Positions 39,717 through 50,569 of a stretch of DNA of 64,000 bases are shown here, one piece after another. Each line of letters opens with the position of its first letter. The stretch's first letter is position 1. A model generated the notes under the pieces. It saw only the letters and a program-made list of their open reading frames with translations, did no database searches and was not told where the DNA came from. The translations under genes were made by a program, and so were the position numbers. The DNA is from Candidatus Borrarchaeum weybense. GTDB lineage: Archaea > Asgardarchaeota > Sifarchaeia > Borrarchaeales > Borrarchaeaceae. The stretch spans positions 1-64,000 of the forward strand of contig JAHQJS010000006.1 in NCBI GenBank assembly GCA_019057385.1, read 5' to 3'.

Positions 39717-40346
39717 ATGAAAAAAAATGTTTTTAAATCCGGCAAATACGATCCGATAAGACGGCTAGAACACTGGAATCCTCTAATTAGGAAGGCATAT
39801 ATGAACAGATTTATTGTATGCTTTGAACAATTAAAAAAGGTTAATGGAAAACTTTTGGAGTTAGGCATTGGTAGTGGATATACTATACCGCACCTTATTC
39901 ATAAAGGATTTCACATTTTTGGCTTAGATCTTCATAAAAAACTTTCGATTTTTAAAAAAATATATCAAAATTCTAATATTTTCTTGATAAGAGCTGATGC
40001 GCAAAAATTACCTTTCATAACTCATTCTTTTGACTTCCTAATAGCTATAAGTCTATTAGAGCACCTAAATGAACCTGAAAAAACTTTAATTGAAATTAGA
40101 AGAGTTCTAAAAGAAGATGGTGAAGTGAATTTTGGAATTCCAGTAAAAAATCTCCTAACACAACTTTGGTTTTTATTATCCAGATCTCCTGCAGCAGAGG
40201 AACATAAATCACACAAAATTCTTCTCAAATTGATCAGAAAAAACTTCAAAGTGCTGAATGAAGTGAAATTATCATTTGTTTTTTCACATCTGAGCTATTA
40301 TATCGTATTACGCTGTAAAAAGTTAGTCACTACCGAAGATAAATGA
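39717..40346 (+). CDS. Class I SAM-dependent methyltransferase
   Basis: LELGIGSG, GLD, DAQKLPF...FD, LLEH. Confidence 0.85.
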   Translation: MKKNVFKSGKYDPIRRLEHWNPLIRKAYMNRFIVCFEQLKKVNGKLLELGIGSGYTIPHLIHKGFHIFGLDLHKKLSIFKKIYQNSNIFLIRADAQKLPFITHSFDFLIAISLLEHLNEPEKTLIEIRRVLKEDGEVNFGIPVKNLLTQLWFLLSRSPAAEEHKSHKILLKLIRKNFKVLNEVKLSFVFSHLSYYIVLRCKKLVTTEDK

Positions 40347-41771
40347 GATAACGGCCATTGCACTTTTGAATTCTGCTTTGAGTGAATTAATATCTTTAAT
40401 TTTCTTTATTCTTTCGAAAATATATGAAGGTCTTAAATAGAAATCTTTATACGCGACTCTAAGAGTTTTTGAAAGATCGGTACCGTCAAGATCAGTAAAC
40501 AATTCGTTATAATATGAGTGCGTGTGAACCATGTCTAATTCCCACTCTGTTCCATCAATTTTGTTATATCCTAGTTTCTTTACTACGAAATCAAAGATTG
40601 GAGTACCAGGATATGGTGTCATAATGCCATATGTCACAGTTGTGGGCTTAATTTCTTTTAAGAAATCCATTGTGGTCTTGATTGATGCTTTAGTTTCACC
40701 AGGACAACCAATCATTAGATGAGCATGTACTTTAATGCCTACTTCTCTACTGATCTTCAATGTTTTTCTTGTCATTTCTAGTGTAATACCCTTTTTTAGA
40801 TTATCTAATATCTTCTGACTTCCGCTTTCAACTCCTATTTTTAAAGTATGACATCCTGCTCTTTTCATTAGTTGAATTATTTCCTTGTTCATTGTTCCAA
40901 CTCTAGCGTTACATAACCAAGAAATATCTAACTTCCGATCAATTATTTCTTTACAGATTTGAACATTTCTTTTTCTATTCATAGTAAACGTTTCATCCCG
41001 GTAAAAAACTTCTTTGTATCCAAGAGATATAAGATATTCAATTTCATCAACGACATTTTTAGCAGACCGCTGTCGATATTTTCCAAAGAATATCGGTGAT
41101 ATACAGAAAATACATTTGCCACCACAACCTCTTGAGGAAATTGCGGTTGTCCAAGGATGTTTCTCAATAAGAGGGTGAAAATAGTCTAAATCATTCGGTA
41201 ACATTGTTCTGTCTGGAAAAGGCAAACTATCTAAATTCTCGATCCAGTTTTTCTTTTTATCGATTAAAATCGAATTATTATGTTTGAATCCAATTCCTGT
41301 AATGTCTCTCAAATTCTTTCCAGCAATGATATCTCTAACAGCGTATTCAGCATCTCCTAAAACTACAAAATCTATTTCTGGATTCTTTAAACATCTTTTT
41401 GGGAAAAATGTAGGATATGAACCAAAAATAATTGTTTTTATGTTTAGATTCCTTTTCCTTATTTGGTGGATGGTTTCTACGTCTTCCCTAAAGGTTATGT
41501 TTGATGTTGAAATTACAACAAAATCATATTCCTTTTTAAGCGAGGCCATAAATTCCTTGCGAGAATTATATATCGCACTAGCATCAATAAAGTCTACTGG
41601 AATCCCTAACTCTTTAATAACTGTTGCAACGTAAAGATTATTTGTAGGAGGTGCTTCTGCATTCGCAATACGTTTACCAGTGCACCAGCAACTAAATAGA
41701 AGATCCCTAACAACATTAGACATGCGATTTGACGGTGGTGTTAAAACTAGTACTCTCAAACGTTGCACCAA
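40323..41771 (-). CDS. B12-binding domain radical SAM protein
   Basis: SSRGCGGKCIFC CxxxCxxC, DETF, GVESG, IGCPGET, TPYPGT; N-terminal cobalamin-binding Rossmann domain. Confidence 0.92.
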   Translation of the reverse strand: MVQRLRVLVLTPPSNRMSNVVRDLLFSCWCTGKRIANAEAPPTNNLYVATVIKELGIPVDFIDASAIYNSRKEFMASLKKEYDFVVISTSNITFREDVETIHQIRKRNLNIKTIIFGSYPTFFPKRCLKNPEIDFVVLGDAEYAVRDIIAGKNLRDITGIGFKHNNSILIDKKKNWIENLDSLPFPDRTMLPNDLDYFHPLIEKHPWTTAISSRGCGGKCIFCISPIFFGKYRQRSAKNVVDEIEYLISLGYKEVFYRDETFTMNRKRNVQICKEIIDRKLDISWLCNARVGTMNKEIIQLMKRAGCHTLKIGVESGSQKILDNLKKGITLEMTRKTLKISREVGIKVHAHLMIGCPGETKASIKTTMDFLKEIKPTTVTYGIMTPYPGTPIFDFVVKKLGYNKIDGTEWELDMVHTHSYYNELFTDLDGTDLSKTLRVAYKDFYLRPSYIFERIKKIKDINSLKAEFKSAMAVISFIFGSD

Positions 41772-41927
41772 AATACGAATTTATAATATGAGCTTAACAT
41801 GCTTTAGGAAAGCATTATATTTAACTTCTTTATTTGAATTTTTCGTATAAATTGTCAGAACGTCCATTAACTTTTTATATATGCTATTTAAATTCATATT
41901 CGGGTTAGAAGAAGCGAGAGTGTAAAT

Positions 41928-42899
41928 TTGAGAAGATATACAGTAGATTTACTAAAAGTTTTAATAGGCCTAGGCATCAGTGTTGTTATATTCTACTTTT
42001 TTGGCATCAACGAAGTATTAAAAGCGATTCGCACTGTTTACTATCCTTTCTTTTTCTTCGGATTCTTCTTCTATTTCTTTAGAAATATAATAGGAACTTG
42101 GAGATTGAAAATCATTCTGACAAATTTGGGGCATAACATATCATTCGCCAGTACCTTTAAGGCACATATGGGTGGCATTGCAATTAGTGATTACACGCCA
42201 AGTAGAATAGGATATTTTTATGCATCTTTGATTCTTAAACAGAATGAAAACATTCCAATTCATTCGGGTTTATCCAGCGTTATATCAAGTAATGCGGTAG
42301 AATTTACTTTCAAAGTACTAGGGATTGTTTTTGCGCTATTCTATTTGATTTGGATCATTCAGCCTAATTTAAGCATTGAAATTTATTTGATTCTAACTCT
42401 AGTGACTATACTTATGATGGTTATAGCAATTAGTCTGATTTTAGTTCTTTGGTGGGAAAGAGCAACGAATTTCTTTGCAATTTTTGAGAAGATCCCCTAT
42501 CTAAGGAAGATATTACAAAAGATCAAAGAAATTCAAATTGAGTCAAAAGAGCTTAAGCCAATTATTTGGAAGATTATAGTTCTTTCAATGATTATATGGG
42601 TTCTAAAAGGACTTACCTGGTTTTTCTTCTTCCTTTCTTTAAGAATTTATGAAATCAGTTTAATAGAGTGTATGTTACTCCAACCTTTAATAACAGCGTT
42701 TTCGTTTATACCTCTGTTTCCTTCAGGAATTGGAGTTCAAGAAATAGGTATTATATTTGTTCTTGGAATATTTGATATTTCTCCACCCTTAGCCTTAGCT
42801 TTTGATTTACTATTGCGTTCTACGATATTATTTAATCTATTAGGGCTATTCTTTGCCTTAAGTGTGATTAGAGCATCCAATTTACAGAAGCTAAAGTAG
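41928..42899 (+). CDS. UPF0104 / lysylphosphatidylglycerol synthase TM-domain (flippase-like) protein
   Basis: WR...IL, TP.R.G, IP.FPSGIGVQE motifs; about 8 TM helices. Confidence 0.85.
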   Translation: MRRYTVDLLKVLIGLGISVVIFYFFGINEVLKAIRTVYYPFFFFGFFFYFFRNIIGTWRLKIILTNLGHNISFASTFKAHMGGIAISDYTPSRIGYFYASLILKQNENIPIHSGLSSVISSNAVEFTFKVLGIVFALFYLIWIIQPNLSIEIYLILTLVTILMMVIAISLILVLWWERATNFFAIFEKIPYLRKILQKIKEIQIESKELKPIIWKIIVLSMIIWVLKGLTWFFFFLSLRIYEISLIECMLLQPLITAFSFIPLFPSGIGVQEIGIIFVLGIFDISPPLALAFDLLLRSTILFNLLGLFFALSVIRASNLQKLK

Positions 42900-42938
42900 A
42901 AGCAGGAAGCATCGAGGCTTTAGCGTGAGGTAGTTTAC
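42899..42938 (+). mobile_element. Degenerate 40-bp IS200/IS605 right-end relic
   Basis: GAAGCAGGAAGCATCGAGGCTTTAGCGTGAGGTAGTTTAC is 33/40 identical to 27555-27594. Confidence 0.7.
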
Positions 42939-43570
42939 TTCTCAAGCACAGCTAAATATTTAAAGGCGAAAATATACTTGAAGATACTTAAAAATCTTTC
43001 AATCGAATATAACAAGCCTATCATCTTAAGAGGTGATAAACTCCTCTTAGAGAATCCTCCTGATAGCGGGTATGCGAAAAATTCTAAATAGTCCAGAAAA
43101 GTTAATGAAAATCCGATTTTTCTAGCATTATCGATAACTAATTTTGCCAGAGGATATTCACTAATATCTTCGTGATGAAACTTTTTACGAATAAAAGTAG
43201 ATACTAAAGAGTTGTAAGGATCAAGTAGAATCAGCCTACCATTCTTTTTTAAAACCCTTAAAGCATCCTCTAAAAAATATGAGTATTTGGTGATGTGATG
43301 AAGTGTATCAATACAGACTATCGTGTCAAAATAATTTGATATAAGAGGCAAATATTTTCCATCAGCACTGATATTAATAAATTTCGAGGGTATTATATCG
43401 ATCGTAAGAATCTCTGGAAAAAAATCTTTGAAATTCCCGATACCACTCCCAACTTCCAAGCACTTTCCTGCCTTTATATAGTTCTTTATCTTGTTATACC
43501 ATGAGAAGTAGACCTTTCTAAGGATTTTCTTCTTTTCCCAAATTCTTCTTTTCCTAATCGGGTCGTTCAC
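42935..43570 (-). CDS. Class I SAM-dependent methyltransferase
   Basis: W.KK..LR..Y, LEVGSGIG, D...LP....FD, DTLHH, AYPLSGGF. Confidence 0.85.
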   Translation of the reverse strand: MNDPIRKRRIWEKKKILRKVYFSWYNKIKNYIKAGKCLEVGSGIGNFKDFFPEILTIDIIPSKFINISADGKYLPLISNYFDTIVCIDTLHHITKYSYFLEDALRVLKKNGRLILLDPYNSLVSTFIRKKFHHEDISEYPLAKLVIDNARKIGFSLTFLDYLEFFAYPLSGGFSKRSLSPLKMIGLLYSIERFLSIFKYIFAFKYLAVLEK

Positions 43571-43738
43571 TTTATCACCAAAATTTGGTCACTCTCACAA
43601 AACTCTAATAAAAGATATCGATAGAATTGCTGAGATATTATTGCGGTTTACAAAAGATTTTATTATTGCTGTAAAATTACATACTCCCCTAATTTCTTAG
43701 TACCTTAAATATAGTGCGTAGAGTACGGTAGGAAAAAG

Positions 43739-45883
43739 ATGAATAAGTCAGTTTCTAGAAACAATATTTCTCATCATTTAGGCATTATTAACCAATTGTT
43801 AAGCATCATCATTATGACATTGGCTTCAAGGATCACTGGGAGATCTCTTATCAGAAGCCTTTCAATAATCACTTATTATACTCCACCGACTTATGGATTT
43901 GATTATTTCTCGATTTATCTTTTAAGAATCTATACACATGCTTTTCCGTTTTATTTCTCAGTTGGAATCTTGATAGGCGTTCTGGTGGCACTTTTTTTGA
44001 ATGAAGAAGCTTCTAACCTTAAAAAAAACCTTTGTTCTCTTCCGATTTATTTTTTGGGAAGTTTTATTGGAGATTTCTTAAACGTTGTAAATGAATACAA
44101 TCGACTCTATACTTTGAATGCCTTTATCGGATTTGGATCTGCAATACATTCTTTAATGCCTTTTTTCGTCATATTAGGAGTTGTTTTGGTATTGGGAGGG
44201 TTTGCTGGAAAACTTATCATTTCTTTATTTCCACAAAAAACTTCTATAATTCGTTTGTGGGGGCATCGAATTATCAGAAATGCCTACCAACACGTTAAGA
44301 ATACTTTTAATTATGATAACGCTCTTAAAATTGCAAAAAGAATCAAAAATCGTCTAGTTTTAGAGAATAAATTAAGTTATATTTTACTAATTGTTATTCT
44401 ATTTGCTGCTGCTACTATTCGTTTTTATAATATATCTCAACTAGGCCTACGTTATTGGGACGCCGCATTATATATTCGTAAAACTATCCAGTTCTTAGAT
44501 GGTGGAACGACCGACCAAGCATTTGGACATATTCTTATTCTATCTGCTGTATTTTTACTCTTCGGAAAAGATCCCCTTTTTGCTCTTCTACTCTCAGCAT
44601 TTATAGGAACGTTAAATGTCTATATTATTTTTTTACTAGGCAAGGAATTATATGATGAAAAAGTCGGGTTCTTAGCAGCATCTCTTCTTGCTGTTACTGA
44701 GTATCATATATTATATTCGAGAAGTGCATTAATTCAATCAGATTTAGCCTTTTTTTCACTTTTGACATTCTATTTTTACGTTTTGAGATCAAAAGTATTA
44801 ACTTCAAAGAGGGCTTCTAAAAAGAATAAGGTTCTTAATTCAGTTTCGATCCTGTCAATGATTAGTGGACTTCTCGCTGGCTTTTGTTTTACGATAACTT
44901 GGATCGGCATAATTATAGCGCCAAGCATACTTTTTATTGAATTATTTCTTATTATACTTAAGAAAATTGAATGGAAGAAAGGGCTTTATTTCATAGGAAT
45001 TTTCGCAATTTCAGCGTGTTTGGGTTCTTTAATGATCTTTTTCCCACTTATTTATTTTCAAAGATTTATTATCACGCATTCAACTCAAGAACACATAAGA
45101 GTTGGTATTTTATGGGGTTCCACCTTTAACCTTTTTAGTTTCTTTTCATTTCTGATAATGTTAGTGAATCCTCTGTTTATTGCGCTATTTCTTTTTGGTA
45201 TCGTAATTATAATTAAGGAAAGGAAATTTGAGGATCTTATATTAGTTTCATGGATGATTTATTTCTTAATTTTTTTTAGCGGGCTTCCTCACAAAGAACC
45301 AAGAGACTATATCTCCTCTATATCTGTCTTTTTGCTCATAGCCGCAAGAGGTAGCTTCTTTTTATCCAATTTAAAGATTACAAATAATATCAAAGCCTGG
45401 AAATCAAAATTCCTTTTTCTTATATTTTGTTCTTTGCTAATAATTTCAGGATTTTATACAGCACTTGATACGATTACTTTGGAATCGCCTGCATATAAGA
45501 ACTCTAGCGAATTTTTAATTCAAGATAATTGTCAAGGCGGTCTTGCTCATATGAGTTCAATAATGAATGTCTATACAGACCTAATATGGGATCACTTAGG
45601 CGACAAGGATAAATTGATTGAAGCATATCAAAGAGGATTTACTCATATGTTAATCGATTATAATTATCTTTGGAATAAATATGGCGAGAGAGACATTTCT
45701 CAAGAGATACTTTTAAAATGTCCTGCTGTTTTAATTTTGCCAAATGATATCTCGACCCATATCCCCACATTAAGAGAGTCTGTTCCTCCAGATGTGGTCG
45801 AAGAAATCTTGATCGATCCTTATTCAAAAAATCTTTATGTCTATCGTTTGGACGATGTTATCTATACCTTATCATTGATTTGA
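43739..45883 (+). CDS. GT-C glycosyltransferase (PMT_2/ArnT-like) with an extra N-terminal TM module
   Basis: IRFYNI...L.YWDAALY, IFLLGKELYD...GFLAA.LL, HILYSR, K.PRD. Confidence 0.8.
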   Translation: MNKSVSRNNISHHLGIINQLLSIIIMTLASRITGRSLIRSLSIITYYTPPTYGFDYFSIYLLRIYTHAFPFYFSVGILIGVLVALFLNEEASNLKKNLCSLPIYFLGSFIGDFLNVVNEYNRLYTLNAFIGFGSAIHSLMPFFVILGVVLVLGGFAGKLIISLFPQKTSIIRLWGHRIIRNAYQHVKNTFNYDNALKIAKRIKNRLVLENKLSYILLIVILFAAATIRFYNISQLGLRYWDAALYIRKTIQFLDGGTTDQAFGHILILSAVFLLFGKDPLFALLLSAFIGTLNVYIIFLLGKELYDEKVGFLAASLLAVTEYHILYSRSALIQSDLAFFSLLTFYFYVLRSKVLTSKRASKKNKVLNSVSILSMISGLLAGFCFTITWIGIIIAPSILFIELFLIILKKIEWKKGLYFIGIFAISACLGSLMIFFPLIYFQRFIITHSTQEHIRVGILWGSTFNLFSFFSFLIMLVNPLFIALFLFGIVIIIKERKFEDLILVSWMIYFLIFFSGLPHKEPRDYISSISVFLLIAARGSFFLSNLKITNNIKAWKSKFLFLIFCSLLIISGFYTALDTITLESPAYKNSSEFLIQDNCQGGLAHMSSIMNVYTDLIWDHLGDKDKLIEAYQRGFTHMLIDYNYLWNKYGERDISQEILLKCPAVLILPNDISTHIPTLRESVPPDVVEEILIDPYSKNLYVYRLDDVIYTLSLI

Positions 45884-46011
45884 CGTATTTGAATAGTATC
45901 ATTTCATCTATTAGAAAATGGGAATTCGAATGTAAATTACAAACTTTAAGTGATTGTATTAAGGTATTTCGAGTTTAAATACGGAAATTTTCGATATTTC
46001 GGCTGATTTAA

Positions 46012-47673
46012 ATGGAGTACATAGACAGTAAACATATCAAACTGTTTATTTGTTTTTTTGTTACAATTATATGCGCACATAGAGTGTTTTTTATTTGGAA
46101 TTATTATTTTGGCGTACCTGCAAGTGATTTTTTTTCCTTTAGAAATCATGCAATATGGTTTGAGCATTGGGAAATTCGCTGGGGAGATAAACGCCTTCCT
46201 TTGTTTCCTTTATTGATGGCTATTCTTGCACAACCGTTTAAACTATTTGGAATTGATCATCCATATTTAATCAGTGCTTATCTCATCAATCTCATTTCAT
46301 TAAGTCTTAGTATTCCTCTCTTATATTCAGTAAATAAGAAAATTCTAAAATCTACGGTACTGTCTCTTCTTTCAACTTTTCTTTTTGTTATTAATGCAGA
46401 ATATCTTGTATGGAATATTCAGCCAATTTTGGACACATTTCTTGTTTTCTCTATTCTACTTACCTTTTATTTATATTTCTTTAAGAGAATGGAGTTAAAA
46501 TATTTTGGAGTTTGTTTCGCTTCATTAATTAGATATGAAGCTATTTTATTAGCCCCAATATTTCTCTTTGATGATATTTTTTTCAAAAAAAGAGAGCGTA
46601 AAAAACTTATTTTATTAGGCCCTATGGCGATTGCTCCATTAACCTTTTGGGTTATCTCTGCGTATTTAGTGTACGGTCTCCCTGCGTATCTCAGGCAAGT
46701 GCAGGTAATTGGCTCACATGCAGGTTTAAGTTTTTTGCTTTCAATTAATTGGGTTATTACTATAGGGATCTACTTTGGATTTAATGGATTACGATTTTTA
46801 ATTACACGCTTAATTGTATCTATAATCCTGATTATAGGACTTATATCCTTTCATAAGAATCGTTTTTTCTTACCTCTTTTCTTATGGTTAGGTAGTTATA
46901 CAGCGCTTCACATGTACTTTTCATTTAACTACTCTCGTTTCGTTATACCAATTTTGTGGCTTATAATAACATTTTGCGTATATGGTTTAAATTCTTCATA
47001 TAATACTATAAGAAAACAAATGCATCATAATTTCTCTAAATTTCATAAAATCTCTCTTATGATATTAGTGATAACGACATTCTCTTTTTATCAATTCTAT
47101 GATAAATCGTATATTCTAAATGCTTTTTTTGTTGATATTCTAGTTGCCTCACTTTTACTGTCTACATTTTCATTGATTATTATTTTAGAGACAGCAGATC
47201 AAAAAAGGAACAATTACAAAATATCCCTTATCTTGATAATTCTGTTTCTTAGTACATTTGCATCAACCTTTAATGGAGATATTCGCACAAATGATATTGC
47301 CTATCAAAAGATACAATTTCGAAAAGTTGGAGAATGGTACAAAGATGTTGCACTAAAGAATGATATATTGGTGGCAACCAGTATTGGAATTGTACAGCAC
47401 TATTCTGGATTGCCTAATGAATTCTTCTTAGGAACAGCTAGTTTTCGCGCAAATACTACAACTGAGTTTATTGAGGAATTAAAAAATCGAGGAGTAACTT
47501 ATGTAGTCTGGGATAGTTATCAAGGCAATCGAGCAAAGGATTACTATTATAATGTTTATAGAGTCTGGCTCATCTCGTTTTTGAGTGATGGAGAAAATAA
47601 ACCACATTTTGAACTTGTTTACGAAGTCGATATTCACTCACAAATCGCTTATGTCTATAAATTCTCCCCATAA
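46012..47673 (+). CDS. GT-C membrane glycosyltransferase
   Basis: SDF, KRLPLFPLL, A.LIRYEA, RF.IP; C-terminal soluble domain. Confidence 0.7.
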   Translation: MEYIDSKHIKLFICFFVTIICAHRVFFIWNYYFGVPASDFFSFRNHAIWFEHWEIRWGDKRLPLFPLLMAILAQPFKLFGIDHPYLISAYLINLISLSLSIPLLYSVNKKILKSTVLSLLSTFLFVINAEYLVWNIQPILDTFLVFSILLTFYLYFFKRMELKYFGVCFASLIRYEAILLAPIFLFDDIFFKKRERKKLILLGPMAIAPLTFWVISAYLVYGLPAYLRQVQVIGSHAGLSFLLSINWVITIGIYFGFNGLRFLITRLIVSIILIIGLISFHKNRFFLPLFLWLGSYTALHMYFSFNYSRFVIPILWLIITFCVYGLNSSYNTIRKQMHHNFSKFHKISLMILVITTFSFYQFYDKSYILNAFFVDILVASLLLSTFSLIIILETADQKRNNYKISLILIILFLSTFASTFNGDIRTNDIAYQKIQFRKVGEWYKDVALKNDILVATSIGIVQHYSGLPNEFFLGTASFRANTTTEFIEELKNRGVTYVVWDSYQGNRAKDYYYNVYRVWLISFLSDGENKPHFELVYEVDIHSQIAYVYKFSP

Positions 47674-47691
47674 TTTATAAAATTAAAGAAG

Positions 47692-49017
47692 GTGAAAGTT
47701 ATATTTCTTAGAAATGAAAACAACCAATTAGACAAGTTTCTGAGTCTAATTATGTTGATTGCTTTTATATCAAGTGTAATTTTATTACTAATTCTATATC
47801 CTGGAATTATTTCAACAATTTTGCACATTTTGACTATTTTAGCAGGAGTTTCAGTATTCTATGCCATTCAACGTAAGAATTTGAATTCAACGATAAATAG
47901 TTTGTTCGTTAACGAAAAAATATTTGTTCTGGTTTTATTCTTGGCTTCTGTTGTTTGTCGGATCTTTTTTATTACTATCCCGAAAAGTAACATCGATGTA
48001 ATCAACGAGATTGCTGCTGCAGAATTCATTTTATATAACGGAATTGTAGCTTATTTTACTTACTATTCCACATTAGTACATATCGGGGCGCAATATCCAC
48101 CCCTTTATCCACTGCTCTTAGCGGTAATTTTCCCCTTCGGAATAACATTGGAGTACGTTAAATTATTCACAGTTATAGTTGGCTCTCTAATAGTAATCCC
48201 TACATACTTAATTGGGAAAGAACTCTACGATAAAAGAAAAGCGACAATTTCCGCATTGTTAATTTTTTCTTTGCCATACACTTTTCTTATGAGTATACAG
48301 GGTTTAAATGATGTTTTAATGACGTTTCTTAGTGCCTTATTCATGTATTTCTTCATTCTGTACATCAAAAATGGAAAAAATAGCGATGGGATCCTTTCAG
48401 GAACAATTATAGGAGTTAGTTTGCTTTTCAAGTACACGATTGGTATTTTTTATCTGTCGACACTAATCTTTGCATTATTCTATAGAACTAAAAAAGAAGA
48501 CAATTATCTATATAAAACGTTGTTCGTGATCCTCGTATCTCTGCTTTGCATTATTCCTTGGTTTATATTTATGTACTATACAGGTATTATTCAAAGACAA
48601 ATTGAGACGTTATTGGCTTTAAGCAGTCCCGGGCGAAAACCTGGTTCAGATTATGGATATGAAATATCTGAATGGTTTCGTTTCGTGTCTTGGTCAGCAT
48701 TGTTCCTTAGCCCGACAAATAATATTCTATTACTAATTTTCATATCCCATTTGATTTATAAAGGAAACGTAAACTGGAAAAATGGCCTCTTGTTATTATG
48801 GGTAATCGTTCCATTCATATTTTTCGGTGTTTTTCACCCACTTATTCGTTATTGGATGATTTCATTTCCAGCTTTAACCTTACTTATTGCCAATTCAATT
48901 GAGGAATTAACTAGCGTAAAATATTGTGAAAAAATATTTCTAACAACCTTTAGTTTTTCATTAATTCTCTGTTTTCTTGCAAGTTATTTAGTTTTGGTTT
49001 ATGTGAGTCCTTTCTGA
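47692..49017 (+). CDS. GT-C glycosyltransferase (PMT_2/ArnT-like)
   Basis: QYPPLYP, TYLIGKELY, ND, G.S.LFKY, RY...FP. Confidence 0.8.
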   Translation: MKVIFLRNENNQLDKFLSLIMLIAFISSVILLLILYPGIISTILHILTILAGVSVFYAIQRKNLNSTINSLFVNEKIFVLVLFLASVVCRIFFITIPKSNIDVINEIAAAEFILYNGIVAYFTYYSTLVHIGAQYPPLYPLLLAVIFPFGITLEYVKLFTVIVGSLIVIPTYLIGKELYDKRKATISALLIFSLPYTFLMSIQGLNDVLMTFLSALFMYFFILYIKNGKNSDGILSGTIIGVSLLFKYTIGIFYLSTLIFALFYRTKKEDNYLYKTLFVILVSLLCIIPWFIFMYYTGIIQRQIETLLALSSPGRKPGSDYGYEISEWFRFVSWSALFLSPTNNILLLIFISHLIYKGNVNWKNGLLLLWVIVPFIFFGVFHPLIRYWMISFPALTLLIANSIEELTSVKYCEKIFLTTFSFSLILCFLASYLVLVYVSPF

Positions 49018-49115
49018 AAAAAACAACATATTTCACGTTTCTAACACTCAGATTATCTGTCATAACATTTTGAACGTTATAACCTTCTTATTTTAGTTTA
49101 TAAATGAATTTTCTT

Positions 49116-49889
49116 TCATTTTATACATATAAACTGCGTATTAGGTAAGAAAAATAGGATAAGATTTTTCATAATCCTTGACTTTTTACTTATTTCAATG
49201 AGTGCTTTTTTTAGAGAATTCATATTTTTTGAGTTTATGTCATAAACTTCTAAAATATCAATAACCTTCGAAAACCCTAGTGAAAGAAAGAATCTTCTCA
49301 ACTGATAATAAAAGAACTCGTTAAAATCAATGCCTAATTTCATTATATCTTTTCCATGATACCATATTCGAAGTTGGTAACGCAATTTATTTGGCATCCA
49401 ACTATAGAACGGAAAATGGAATTCTCCACTTTTTAAAGCGAATTTATTAGTAGAAACAAAATAGAACAAACCACCCGGCTTTAATGCGTTATAAATCCGT
49501 TTAATACCTTCTTTCCATAATTTAACATGCTCAAATACTGTAATAGCAATGATAACGTCGTATTTTGACGATCCAATGTTTTCTTTTTCAATATTGCCCA
49601 ATTTCACATCTAATTCAATGCCATATCGTTTTCCAAGTTCTTTAGAAAACTTCACAAATTGAGGACTAATATCAATCCCTTCACAGGAGATCCCATCCAA
49701 AGCACAAAGAATTGGAAACCAACCAAGACCCGAACCAATTTCTAGAATTTTTGCGTTTATATCAAGATTTTTAAGTTTTCGAATATGAGACATAATATTG
49801 TAATAATTTCTTTTCTTATCTTCAGCTTTAATCCCTCTACGTTTACTGATATATCGAATCGCATCTTCTGAGTGCTCGTGAATTTCCAA
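49116..49889 (-). CDS. Class I SAM-dependent methyltransferase
   Basis: ILEIGSGLG, GIDIS, YDVI...VFEHV, LKPGG. Confidence 0.88.
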   Translation of the reverse strand: MEIHEHSEDAIRYISKRRGIKAEDKKRNYYNIMSHIRKLKNLDINAKILEIGSGLGWFPILCALDGISCEGIDISPQFVKFSKELGKRYGIELDVKLGNIEKENIGSSKYDVIIAITVFEHVKLWKEGIKRIYNALKPGGLFYFVSTNKFALKSGEFHFPFYSWMPNKLRYQLRIWYHGKDIMKLGIDFNEFFYYQLRRFFLSLGFSKVIDILEVYDINSKNMNSLKKALIEISKKSRIMKNLILFFLPNTQFICIK

Positions 49890-49936
49890 AATTAAACCTC
49901 AACGATTCTATAATAATTGATACATTTTAAAAGACA

Positions 49937-50569
49937 TTATTGCTTTTTTGCTAAACTGTAATATGAACTAGCATAATCAAGATAAAATTCTTTTGCGGAT
50001 TTGCTTTTTTTCCCATAAGTAAAGAATATATTTGCATATAATCTTCCTACATGACGAAAAATTGTCTGTAATAATCTTATTGGCATAAAGTATTTTGCAA
50101 TCATTTCTAAGACATTTTTATCAGCAGCAATAAACAAAATTTCAAATCCACAGCCTTTGAGCAATTCTTCCAGCCCCTTCCATGTCATATGATAATAGCT
50201 TACATAGTTTTTACCATGACAAGGCTCAAGAAAAGCTGATTTGATAAAAACATATCCTCCTCTAATTAAAACCCTATTGATTTCTTTAAATGACTTCCAA
50301 GGGTCTGACAGATGTTCTAGAAGAGCAATATTAGAAACTATAGCAAATGTATTATCTATGAAAGGTAGGTTATGTGCATCGTTTAATACTGAAATCCTAG
50401 GATTAAAATTGATATCAGATCCTATCCATTCATATCCTAATTTCTCAAAGAGTTTCTTGTCTTTATCGTCACGACATCCTAAATCTAAGCAAAGACCACC
50501 TATCCTAGGAATTTTTTTGATCATTGAATCAGTCCAATGATGAGGTATTGATGAATTCTCCTTCCTCAT
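49937..50569 (-). CDS. Class I SAM-dependent methyltransferase
   Basis: LDLGC, DAHNLPF...F, LLEH..DP....EI.RVL..GG. Confidence 0.85.
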   Translation of the reverse strand: MRKENSSIPHHWTDSMIKKIPRIGGLCLDLGCRDDKDKKLFEKLGYEWIGSDINFNPRISVLNDAHNLPFIDNTFAIVSNIALLEHLSDPWKSFKEINRVLIRGGYVFIKSAFLEPCHGKNYVSYYHMTWKGLEELLKGCGFEILFIAADKNVLEMIAKYFMPIRLLQTIFRHVGRLYANIFFTYGKKSKSAKEFYLDYASSYYSLAKKQ

